Source: Chiloscyllium plagiosum
Lineage: Eukaryota
NCBI RefSeq assembly: GCF_004010195.1
Contig: NC_057718.1
Location: 62,843,401 to 62,863,400 of the forward strand
Direction of reading: 5' to 3'
Length of the DNA stretch: 20,000 nucleotides
The stretch's first letter is position 1. Every line of letters starts with the position of its first letter. Both the position numbers and the translations under genes were made by a program. This document shows, piece after piece, positions 1 to 9,591 of this stretch. The notes under the pieces were generated by a model. That model searched no databases, was not told the DNA's origin, and worked only from the letters and a program-made list of their open reading frames with translations.

Positions 1-66
1 CTGCTGTGCTTTTCCAGCACCACACTCAACTCTGATCTCAAGCAGCTGCAGTCCTCACTTTCTCCC
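1..66 (+). repeat. Terminal fragment of a Penelope-associated interspersed repeat, cut by the window edge
   Basis: ctgctgtgcttttccagcaccacact...tctgatctcaagcagctgcagtcctcactttctcc; loosely resembles the arms of the 8090-8270 hairpin repeat. Family assignment is from recall only. Confidence 0.5.
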
Positions 67-189
67 ATCCACAACAGTAATTGTAATTTAGACATTATTA
101 TACCCTGTTTATCTCCAATCCCATATCTTACTATTTTCTAGACTGGTGTTATCTACCTCTTTGAACACCTTGGTGTTGTTCTCTAATAT

Positions 190-360
190 TGCCTCCTGGT
201 TCCTCCACCCCTGGCAAGTTAGTTTAAAACCAACTCAATAGCACTAGCAAATCAGCCCATAAGGAAACGTGTCCCTGTTCTGTTAGGTACAACTCATCAA
301 GCCTGTACATGTCCCATCTTGTCCAAAACTACTCCCAATTTCAAAGAATCGAGAGACGAG
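190..360 (-). mobile_element. Degenerate CR1 LINE ORF1 (SGNH esterase-like) C-terminal fragment
   Basis: Minus strand gives FWTRWDMYRLDELYL, then after a frameshift ...FASAIELVLN*; cf. the CR1 ORF1 FWGRWDLYxxDGLHLN...FASA motif. Confidence 0.6.
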
Positions 361-1203
361 CTTTCTCGCTACACATTCAGCAGCTCTATCCTCCAATTTG
401 TATACTCACTTGCATGCATTACAGAGTGTCCTCACTTAAAGCTGTGATTTTCTGGAATGCAATCTTGATTTTAAGTGAAAAGACTAACTATAGCATTGAT
501 TACCACAAGAATCACTGTCAAAACTGGAATTAAGATCTGTAGGCCTTCCTTCGCAGAGAAAAAAAATAACATTGTACCTACACACTAAGTTGTAATGCAG
601 TGCTTTAAATAACTACACTTCTAAATGAAATAATACGTAAAACAAAATAACTTGCTAAGAAAACTGGTATAAAAGAAAAGTGCAAGCTTTTATTCTCAAC
701 GCCACCTGTAGTGGACCCTCCAACTGTGAACTGGGGGGTGCTGGCGTTCATGCTGGGTGAGTTCTTAGCTCAGTGAGCTGCCTGCTGGGGTCAGCCCTTG
801 GCTTAGTTGCAGTTGTCTTCTGAATAGGGTTGTCTTTGTGCACATGGGCATAGGTAAGAGGTACAGAGCATCCCTTCTTTCTGGCTGATACCATTTCAGG
901 AATCTACCTGAGCCACTGCTTGATGAGGCTCTTCCTATGACTGACTGAAAATCCCGATGAAGTTCAGCAGCTCTCCTGCTTTGCTCTGTTGCCTATGGAC
1001 TGAATTCTACCACAATGGCAGTGCTATTTCAGCCACAACCTAAGGGGAAGATTGGCTTTAAAACTAGGCCTAGATCTTATTTAACTGTGCAACAGAAGTA
1101 ACGAGTCTTTCACACTCAATTATAATATTTAACGGGTATGACACTACCCTACTTTGAATGCAGTATTTTGAAAGTAATGCATTTTTGTGCTAAGAAGAAA
1201 AGC

Positions 1204-1441
1204 TGAAATAACTCCACAAAGGCTGGTATTTTCTCACCAAGCCATCTTTTATTTACATGCGCGTAATATATGACACTGACCCAGCTAGCTCAGAGCCAGC
1301 TCCGAGAGTGAACAAAGCCCCTGACACTCTTGTTTATATCTCTGTCAGTTAAAGTTCCCTAATTAAGACTGTTAGCCTGGGCCAATCTAGGAACTCATAC
1401 CGTAGGAGGTACACCTGCCTGACCTCGTTACAATCACTATA
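1204..1441 (-). repeat. 3' LTR of the Gypsy-like element
   Basis: Colinear with the 2518-3397 copy; minus-strand TATA-like gatataaac (1332-1340) and AATAAA (1248-1253). Confidence 0.85.
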
Positions 1442-2714
1442 TCCCTCCCTCTCAAAGTCCTATGATGTGGGCCCGTCCTTTTTCTTGTAGCTTCTCTGGA
1501 GGCTTTGTCGCACCAAATCTGTTCTTCCGACTCTGCCTGAATACTGTGGACCGTAGCCTGCCTCTTGCACTCTGAACATCTCGGCCGAAATTCATCTTCT
1601 TCAGGCGGTAACAGCGATGTTGGGGCTGCAACATCTGCCGTGTCCATCGCGCCCTCACAGGTTTCTTCAAAACTAGGCGGAGGGGTAGAACCCATGGATT
1701 CTGACAGGCAGTCATTTTCTAATTGAAAAATGTTGAACCAATCAAGGTGAATCTTTCTCAACCAATTTTGCCCCATCAGAGTTGGGCCCGAGCCTTTTAC
1801 CACAGTCAGTGGTAACTGAACCAGCTGCTTCTAGTAAGAGGCCAGAGGCAAACGTGTACTCTTAATTTGTAGGGGTTGTCCAGTATGGATTCTCAGCCTG
1901 GCCGAGATTGTACACAAACTCAAAGTTGGAGTCCAGAGCGAATTTTGTTAAAGACCAGTTCTGCAATCACTGATACAGTCGGACTGGTATCAACCTCCAC
2001 AAGAACTGGGTGATCACTTAACCATTATTTTGATCGATTCGGATTTGGATTTTGCTGAGCAATTTAACTGTTCCAAACCAGCTGGAGGTAAACTTTCCAG
2101 CTTGTACACTCTCCTGGATACTGGCTTATGACTTCTCTTACTCAATTCAGATCAAGTGGGACTCTTCTGTTGTCTAAACTACAATTGCCTGCCAGCCCAG
2201 ATCGTCAAGGAATTTTAACTGTTTAGCTGAGGCTTGGCTTAGTTTTGTGATTTTGCTATGGGCTGATCTGGAGTCCCTCTGTTCAGGATATGCCCTGAGT
2301 GAGGCTATGCAATTATCTTCACTCAAGTAATGCTCCCTAAGCTCAGTTAGTCTGGCAAGCGTGTCCACTTCAGTTGGAAGACCCTGTAACTCATAAGTTC
2401 CACTTGCCACATTTTCTAATGACAAAGCCAGCTGTAATGTCTGTTTCAAGTCCAGTAAAGCTTCAGCTAGTAGGCACTTTTGCATGGTCACATCATTAAT
2501 CCCACTCTCGTTACCAGTGAAATAACTCCACATAAGGCTGGTATTCAGTCATCAAATCACCCTGTATTTATATGTGCACAATACATGACAATAACGCAGC
2601 TAGCTCAGAGCCAGTTCCTAGACTGAACAAAACTCCTGTCACTCTATTTATATCTGTTAGCCAGGGCTCCCTGAGTGGACCAGTTTAACAGCCCCAATCA
2701 GAGAACTCACATTC

Positions 2715-3349
2715 TATGAAAGCAACCACCCCAACACACACAAACGAAGTTGCATCAAGACACTATTCAAAAGGGCCACAACACACTGCAGCACACCAGA
2801 ACTGCAAAAAGAGGAAGAGGAACACCTGTACAATGTATTCACCAAAAACGGATACCCGCGCAATTTCATCAACAGATGCCTAAGAGAAAGACAACGGAAC
2901 GAGGACATGCCGCAACCCAAAGGACTAGCCACACTACCATACATCAAGAACATCTCTGAAATGCTATCCTTAGTAGCCACACACGTAGACGACAATCAAC
3001 ATGAATTTGACTGGGACAACACTACCATTATAGGGCAAGCGAAACAAAGAACAGCCAGGGAATTCCTAGAAGCATGGCACTCATCCACAAACTCCATCAA
3101 CAAACACATCGACCTGGACCCAATATACCGGCCACTACAGCGGACAGCTGAAACTGACAACCGGAAGCGGCAGGGACAGGCCACTATAAATGCCGGAGGA
3201 AACACCACAGAAGCGCTTCACAGGAGGCTCCCAAGCACTGAGGATGTCACCTCGACAGGGGACGAAACGTTTGCAACAAAAATTTCCAACTCGGCGAACA
3301 GAACCACAACAACGAGCACCCGAGCTACAAATCTTCACCCAAACTTTGA
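2715..3349 (+). mobile_element. 5'-truncated Penelope-like element (RT thumb/linker, GIY-YIG C-terminus and pLTR) inserted in the 5' LTR of the Gypsy element
   Basis: Frame from 2715: YESNHPNTHKRSCIKTLFKRATTHCS...NGYPRNFI...LPYIKNISEM|LSLVATH...HEFDWDNTTII...REFLEAWHS...INKHIDLDPIY. These are typical Penelope motifs. Flanked by tcacattctatg/tcacattttatg duplication (2707-2718, 3350-3361). The catalytic GIY-YIG segment appears deleted near 2962. Confidence 0.88.
3235..3274 (+). ncRNA. Minimal type I hammerhead ribozyme motif in the Penelope pLTR
   Basis: gca-CUGAGGA-u-GUCACCU(cgac)AGGGGAC-GAAA-cguu-ugc: both core boxes, a stem II with one mismatch, palindromic AAACGUUU stem III region, and a short stem I gca/ugc. 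Penelope pLTRs are known to carry such minimal hammerheads. Confidence 0.7.
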
Positions 3350-4029
3350 TCACATTTTATGGAGGTCCACCTGGCTGACTTTGCTCCAATCACTACAAAA
3401 GCCAACTATCAAATGGAGGCAGGCAAGAGAACAAAGGTCATTTTGGCATTATTGGCAGCTGTCGATGAACATTGGCTGAGAGGGTTAAGACAAGTGATTG
3501 ACATAGCAAAGACTGCCAACCTTCAAAATATAAATATGGGTGGGTGGGGAGAGAGGAAGACATAGGTCCAGGGAAAAGGAACATTAACTTCTTGGGAGAA
3601 GACCAAGAGCTTCTCCAACCAGCCCAAGGGAAGAACAAAGATTGCACAACGTCAGGGACTTCGACTACTTCAAAATCGGAGTCCCAACTGCTCCATCTTA
3701 TAGGATTTTGTGATCAGTGAAATGCTTGCACCTGTCATGGTCATGAACTTTCTTTGTCTAATTGACTAAATGTATCATATCAAGGCTGTTGTTCTCTAAC
3801 AAAATGCAAAAAAACAGAAAATTGCGACAAATGTTTGACTACCTATGATACAACTGTGATCATGAACCTCTAAAATCATATCACATCACAGGGAGAGAGT
3901 TTACACAAAAATAATGTCAAACAAGTCAGATATGTAATGTACTGCACGAAACATTGCCACAGTGAATCTCATTATGCTCAACAAGATTTACAATTCTCAT
4001 AGTTTGCTAATGCTGAAGCCAAACCATGC

Positions 4030-4480
4030 CAAACGGGGGACTTTTAATTTGGATACCTTCTGCTGGGAGCAGTCGGGAAATTAATACCTTTGAGATCCTG
4101 CTAGCGAGTTTCCTCATTAGCTGCTTAACTCTGACCACTGGACCTTTATCTGTGTTTATGGTACCAATGTGGACAACAACACTAAATGTGCATCCTGACA
4201 CTTTCACAATGCTTTGCAATGTTGTCACTCAGTTATATCTTTGACCCTGGGACCAGGGAGGCACCAGATCATTGTTGATTCATATCTGCAACAGAGACAC
4301 TTGTCTGTTCTCCTAACTATATAGTCCCCAATCATGACTGCTGTTCCAGTCTTCCACATGCTCCCCTATATAGCTGAACCAACCGTGGAGCCATGGACAT
4401 AGGCTAATACTCCATAGATGAACCATAATTTTCACCAGTATTCTCAACTGAACATTGATTGGCGTCAGATGCACAGGGGA
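4030..4480 (-). mobile_element. Degenerate CR1 LINE ORF1 (SGNH/GDSL esterase-like) fragment
   Basis: Minus strand gives AVMIGDYIVRRTDK, CLPGPRVKDI, and VVVHIGTIN...LASRISKVLISRLLP (ORF 4007..4228). Boundaries are approximate. Confidence 0.75.
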
Positions 4481-4644
4481 CTCTTGCATTATTTGTCACA
4501 ATCTTTCTTGTTCTTTCCAGTGGGGGATTGGAGATCAGTAAGGGAAAATTAACAAAGTTAGGAACAGCAGTTGGACAATCGATAAAAGTTGAAGGAGTGA
4601 AATTATTGTGAGGGAGTACAAAGGAACAAGGGATAGATCAAGTA

Positions 4645-6790
4645 GGCTGGGACTGCTTTAGTGTTAAGGGTTTAGATGGAGAGGAATTTGTTAAGTCTGT
4701 ACAGGAAAATTCTCTGATTCAGTATGTGGATGTACCTACGAGAGAAGGTGCAAAACTTGACCTACTCTTGGGGAATAAGCAAGACAGGTGGCTGAGGTGT
4801 CAGTGGGGGAGCACTTTGGGGCCAGCGACCATAATTCCATTAAATTTAAAATAGTGATGGAAAAGGGTAGACCAGATCTAAAAGTTGAAGTTCTAAATTG
4901 GAGAAAGGCTAATTTTGATGGTATTAGGCAAGAACTTTCAAAAGCTGACTGGGGGCAGATGTTTGCAGGTAAAGGGACGGCTAGAAAATGGCAAGCCTTT
5001 GGAAATGAGATAATGAGAATCCGGAGAAAGTAAATTCCTGTTAGGGTGAAAGGAAAGGCTGGTAGGTATAGGGAATGCAGGATGACTGAAGATATTGAGG
5101 GTTTGGTGAAGAAAAAGAAGCAAGCATATGTCAGGTATAGACAGGATAGATTGAGTGAATCCTTAGAAGAGTATAAAGGCAGTAGGAGTATACTTAAGAG
5201 GGAAATCAGGAGGGCAAAAAGGGGACACGAGATAGCTTTGGCAAATAGAATTAAGGAGGATCCAAAAGGGTTTTACAAATACATTAAGATCAAAAGAGTA
5301 ACTAGGGAGAGAATAGGACCTCTCAAAGATCAGCAAGGCGGGCTTTGTGTGGAGCTGCAGAAAATGGGGGAGATACTAAACGAGTATTTCACATCAATAT
5401 TTACTGTGGAAAAGGATATGGAAGATATAGAACGTAGGGAAATAGATGGTGACACCTTGCCCAGATTACAGAGGAGAAAGTGCTGGATGTCTTGAAACGC
5501 ATAAATCCCCAGGACCTGATCAGGTGTACCCGAGAACTCTGTGGGAAGCTAGAGAAGTGATTGTTGGGCCTCTTGCTGAGATACTTGCATCATCGATAGT
5601 CACAGGTGAAGTGCCGGAAGACTGGAGGTTGGCTAATGTGGTGCCACTGTTTAAGAAAGGTGGTAAGGACAAGCCAGGGAATTATAGATCAGTGACATCG
5701 GTGGTGGGCAAGTATTTGGAGGGAATCCTGAGGGATAGGATGTACATGTATTTGGAAAGGCAAGGACGGATTCGGGATAGCCAACATGGCTTTGTGCATG
5801 GGAAATCATGTCTCACAAACTTGATTGAGTTTTTTGAAGAAGTAACAAAGAGGATTAATGAGGGCAGAGTGATAGATGTGATCTATATGGGCTTCAGTAA
5901 GGCATTCGACAAGGTTCTCCATGGGAGACTGATTAGCAAGGTTAGATCTCACGGAAACAGGGAGAACTAGCCATCTGGGGACAGAACTGACTCAAAAGGT
6001 AGAAGACAGAGGGTGGTGGTGGGAGGGTAGTTTTTCTGACTGGAGGCCTGTGACCAGTGGAGTGCCACAAGGATTGGTGCTGTGCCCTCTACTTTTTGTT
6101 ATTTACATAAATGACTTGGATGTCAGCAGGTAGATAGGATAGTGAAGAAGGCGTTTGGTATGCTTTCCTTTATTGGTCAGAGTATTGAGTACAGGAGTTG
6201 GGAGGTCATGTTGCGGCTGTACAGGACATTGGTTAGGCCACTGTTGGAATATTGCATGCAATTCTGGTCTCCTTCCTATCGGAAAGATGTTGTGAATCTT
6301 GAAAGGGTTCAGAAAAGTTTTACAAGGATGTTGCCAGGGTTGGAGGATTTGAGCTATAGGGAGAGGCTGAACAGGCTGGGGCTGTTTTCCCTGGAGTGTC
6401 GGAGGCTGAGGGGTGATCTTATAGAGATTTACAAAATTACGAGGGGCATGGATAGGATAAATAGATAAAATCTTTTCCCTGGGGTGGGGGAGTCCAGAAC
6501 TAGAGGACATAGGTTTAGGGTGAGTTGGGAAAGATATAAGAGAGACCTAAGGGGCAACTTTTTCACACAGAGGGTGGTACGTGTTTGGAATGAGCTGCCA
6601 GCGGACATGGAGGCGGCTGGTACAATTGCAACATTTAAGAGGCATTTGGATGGGTTAATGAATAGGAAGGGTTTGGAGGGATATGGGCCAGGTGCTGGCA
6701 AGTGGGACTAGACTGGGTTGGGATGTCTGGTTGGCATGGACGGGTTGGATCGAAGGGTCTGTTTCCATGCTGTACATCTCTATGACTCTA
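4645..6790 (+). mobile_element. 5'-truncated CR1 LINE (family A), ORF2 pseudogene with 3' UTR/tail
   Basis: Endonuclease end (LDLLLGN, SDHNSI), KSPGPDQVYPR, NVVPLFKKG, QHGF, KAFDKV, LVRPLLEYC...RGHRFRV...RVVRVWNELP; frameshifts and stops; tail ...catctctatgactcta. About 275 bp of RT deleted near 6128. Confidence 0.95.
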
Positions 6791-7084
6791 AGTGATGGAA
6801 AGGCACTTGATTACTGGATACTCAACTCCATTTAGCAGTCAAATTTGTCAAAGCCCACACAAAGCTGACCTGCATAAAATTGAAAATGGAAGTAAAATTT
6901 AAGGGGGTTGGATTCATATTTGAGATTTTGAAAAACCATCCCTACCAACTCAAGCACACCTATTTCTGAGAGTTAAATTCACTCTCGACATCACTGATAA
7001 GACAATGAGCACCAAAAGAATTAAATAATATGTAAGCATTTCATTATTGGTCAGCATCCTGCAAGTGATTAAAACAATTCTTAC

Positions 7085-7237
7085 TCTGACTGGCTTCAAA
7101 GCTTGGGCATCAGGAAGAAACTTAAGTAACGTTGATGCAGCTAGTAAAAGGAAAGACCGATTTATCGATTCTCCACCATCCAAACCAGACAGGCACAACT
7201 TATATAATCCGTTGCAAGCTTCATGTCGAACTGAAGT
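7085..7237 (-). CDS. USP34: USP34 internal coding exon (last in window), TSVRHEACNGLYKLCLSGLDGGESINRSFLLLAASTLLKFLPDAQALKPVR
   Basis: ctctttgttctag|ACT...AGA|gtaaga; 153 nt, phase 0/0; overlaps ORF 6950..7198. The next expected exon (recalled IDDYEEEP...) was not found in 1-7084. Confidence 0.95.
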
Positions 7238-7377
7238 CTAGAACAAAGAGAAGTCAATTATTGATAAAATACCTTACGTTTAATATTAAAGAAACTACCA
7301 GTTTATACAAGCAACTAGAAAAATCTATTACAACTAATAATTAGGTATTATAGCATATGTATGAGGTTTAGCCTTAC

Positions 7378-7502
7378 CTCTGGTACAAGAAGAGTTAATT
7401 TTTTCAACCATTCATGTAGATGTTCACTGTCTGCAAGGCTGGATTTGACCAGTGAACAACAGTGAGCCCAACTCACTAATAGCCACATAGCATAATGAGT
7501 AA
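7378..7502 (-). CDS. USP34: USP34 internal coding exon, (V)THYAMWLLVSWAHCCSLVKSSLADSEHLHEWLKKLTLLVPE
   Basis: catttcag|TTACT...GAG|gtaagg; 125 nt, phase 1/0; lies within ORF 7348..7638. Confidence 0.95.
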
Positions 7503-7558
7503 CTGAAATGTGAAATAAGAAACTGGTTAATATGACAGACGTGCACTTCTTTATTATT

Positions 7559-7962
7559 GGGATTAAGTTAGCTCGATTGGCTGGATGGCTGGTTTGCAAT
7601 GCAGAATGATGCCAATAGAATGGGTTCAATTTCCACACCGATTGAAGTTACGAATTCGCTTTCTCAGCCTCTTCCCTCACCTGAGATGTGGTGACCACCA
7701 CCAACTGTCTCTCTAATGAGAGCGGCACAGTGGTTCAGTGCTTAGCACTGCTGCCTCATAAGTGTCAGGGAGCAGAGTTAGATTTCAGCCTCAGGTGACT
7801 GTCTGTGTACAGTTTACATGTTTTCCCCATATCCGCATGGGTTTCCACTGGGTGCTCCAGTTTCCTCCCACAGACATGCAGGTTAGGTGGACTGGCCATG
7901 CTAAATGTGGGATTACTGGAAACGGTAGGACTTCTGTGGTCTGGTAAGACTATAGCAACTTT
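7559..7962 (+). mobile_element. tRNA-derived SINE interrupted by a second SINE
   Basis: A box TAGCTCGATTGG (7569-7580) and B box GGTTCAATT (7623-7631). Body runs to ...ctctctaatgagag (7722) and apparently resumes as ...tggtctggtaagactatagcaacttt (about 7931-7962). Confidence 0.6.
7722..7930 (+). mobile_element. HE1-like V-SINE (3'-truncated, diverged)
   Basis: tRNA-like head gcggcacagtggttcagtgcttagcactgctgcctca; V-domain-like core tgtgtacagtttacatgttttccccat...gggtttcc...gggtgctccagtttcctcccaca; then gttaggtggactggccatgctaaat. Confidence 0.8.
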
Positions 7963-8089
7963 GTCTTTAAATCACATTAGTGTTTTTTTTCTTTATATAA
8001 CCAGTTATAAACTTTGCTCAACCCCAGCTGACCGTTAAATGTCTCATTTGCAGTTAGTAAAATACAAATAATGCTGCATTAAAAAAAAC

Positions 8090-8270
8090 AAAGAACTGTA
8101 AATGTTGAAGATCTCAAACAAAAACAGAAGTTGCTGGAGGAACCTAGCAGGTCTGGCAGCATCTGTGGAGAAAAAGCAGAGTTTAGGGTCACTAAACTTG
8201 AAATGTTAACTCTGTTTTCTCTCCATAGATGCTGCAAGACCTACCGAATTCCTCAGGCAATTTCTGTTTT
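8090..8270. repeat. Palindromic Penelope-derived repeat (imperfect inverted repeat, arms 8121-8183 and 8208-8270)
   Basis: aaaacagaagttgct...ggtctggcagcatctgtggagaaaaagcagagtt pairs with aactctgttttctctccatagatgctgcaagacct...gcaatttctgtttt. Confidence 0.75.
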
Positions 8271-8545
8271 AACATCAATTGTATTTCAATTGTTTGTGAT
8301 GTCAATGACAGAAGATTTAAATGTTTCCTTTATGATGCCTGCACATTTATCTCAGCAAACTATTAAAAAATTAACTATTGCAAATAGCTTTTTTAAACAA
8401 GGAAATTTAAAATGAATAAAACAGCTTCTAACAAATTACCTTGACACGACGAAACATTATGATAAATAAATTGCAAGTAATAAACTCACAGATGTTTAAG
8501 TTTAGTAACAATGGACTATTATAAACTGATGTATAAATAACATAC

Positions 8546-8586
8546 CCTCATGCCTGGACCGGTGATCTGACTGAGCTTTAAGCACT
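8546..8586 (-). CDS. USP34: USP34 small internal coding exon, (R)VLKAQSDHRSRHE(V)
   Basis: aaattacag|AGTGCTT...GAGG|gtatgt; 41 nt, phase 2/1; completes the split codons of both neighbours; matches recalled USP34 peptide. Confidence 0.93.
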
Positions 8587-8671
8587 CTGTAATTTTAATT
8601 TAAAAAAGAACAAAAATTGATAAATAAGCTCCTTAAATTATTTGTGAAATATAATTTGTTGCAATTGTAAT

Positions 8672-9319
8672 GGGCTAAATCTTGCTGGAGCAGGAAAATC
8701 TTGCAGCGTTTCTATTACTCAGGCCTTTCCCTACATCTTTAAGCTTCAAAGTCTTTTTTATAGAACAACTTGTTGAAGTATGAGCTAATTAACAGTACAA
8801 CTGTGTCAGAGCATTTAGAACATTTAAAAATTTAAAAATCTAAAAGATTCTGTTTTACTAATGAGATTTTAAGTATAGGAAAGAAATAGGAGAAGGTTTA
8901 AAGTCAATACTAGAGGCAAATCGAAATATTAAAAAGATTGAATTGAGAGTGAGAGGGAGAGAGACACACACAAAAGGGATTTTATAAAAGGTTTAAATTA
9001 TTGTTATATTTCTAATAACAATTTAATAACAGATAAAACTTTAACACTGAGATCTTTCTGGATTAGAGAAATTTCCATTTAATTAATAAATTATTAAACG
9101 GGGTGCTTCATTCTATTATGAGTTCAACATTTTGGGGCAAGTGCTTACAAGTTCAGGAAATTCTTGAATATACCAGAAAATGTGATAATTAAAAAGCAAG
9201 TTATTTGGCTTTGCATCTCATGACGTACTGCTTCATTTCCTGAACTTGCTGGCTAATTTGAAAATGATTAATTATGTATGTTACTAACGTGCTATTGTTT
9301 CTCCAGGAGGATTTAGCCC
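8672..9319. mobile_element. Non-autonomous DNA transposon (PIF/Harbinger-like MITE)
   Basis: TIRs gggctaaatcttgctggag (8672-8690) and ctccaggaggatttagccc (9301-9319), 17/19 complementary; 3-bp TSD AAT on both sides; AT-rich non-coding interior. Confidence 0.72.
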
Positions 9320-9396
9320 AATATTTTAGAAGTCTTTCAGGTATTCCCTTGTTGAAACAGTGCAAAAATAAATTTAAAATATTTTTTAAAAATTAC

Positions 9397-9479
9397 CTAT
9401 GAGCCAAGTTGCTATAGGTGTAAGCAACAGACATTAATCGATAAATCAAACTTGATCCATGCACCAAACCAAGAAACAC
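9397..9479 (-). CDS. USP34: USP34 internal coding exon, VFLGLVHGSSLIYRLMSVAYTYSNLAH(R)
   Basis: ttttccttttatttttag|GTG...CATAG|gtaatt; 83 nt, phase 0/2; similar to recalled USP34 VFLVLVQGTSLIQRLMSVAYTYDNLAPR. Confidence 0.93.
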
Positions 9480-9591
9480 CTAAAAATAAAAGGAAAAGTT
9501 GTATTTCCTCTGACACAAAGTGCAATACCATCAACTACATTTACAGATGAAGCTTGATAAAATAGCAAAATAATTAGAAAAAGGTACTAGC

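Larger units (their letters stand above)
1204..3397 (-). mobile_element. Short non-autonomous Gypsy (Mag-like) LTR retroelement with gag/protease remnants
   Basis: Two diverged direct repeats: 1204-1441, and 2518-2718 plus 3350-3397. Outer termini TG...CA; 5-bp TSD AAAGC (1199-1203, 3398-3402). PBS TGGTAACGAG on the minus strand next to the right LTR (2507-2516); polypurine tract (1442-1453) next to the left LTR. Gag-like GINDVTMQKCLLAE...; protease-like HPVLVEVDTSPTVSVI (DTS at 1983-1991) and GPTLMGQNWLRKI. No RT or integrase seen. Confidence 0.88.

Noticed and set aside
720..1060. GC-richer segment as a possible USP34 exon
   Set aside because: I found no minus-strand frame matching the expected next peptide; probably an old unclassified repeat.
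2907..3479. 190-aa ORF as a host gene
   Set aside because: It is a Penelope remnant reading through pLTR, LTR and flank; no splice or gene context.
4788..6711. Cluster of plus-strand ORFs as a functional reverse-transcriptase system
   Set aside because: Frameshifted, 5'-truncated CR1 ORF2 lacking the catalytic FADD segment.
7348..7638. ORFs 7348..7638, 6950..7198 and 9574..9756 as standalone small genes
   Set aside because: Each is a USP34 exon plus intronic read-through, bounded internally by splice sites.
7569..7640. tRNA gene
   Set aside because: A and B boxes are present but no clean cloverleaf, and it continues into a SINE body.
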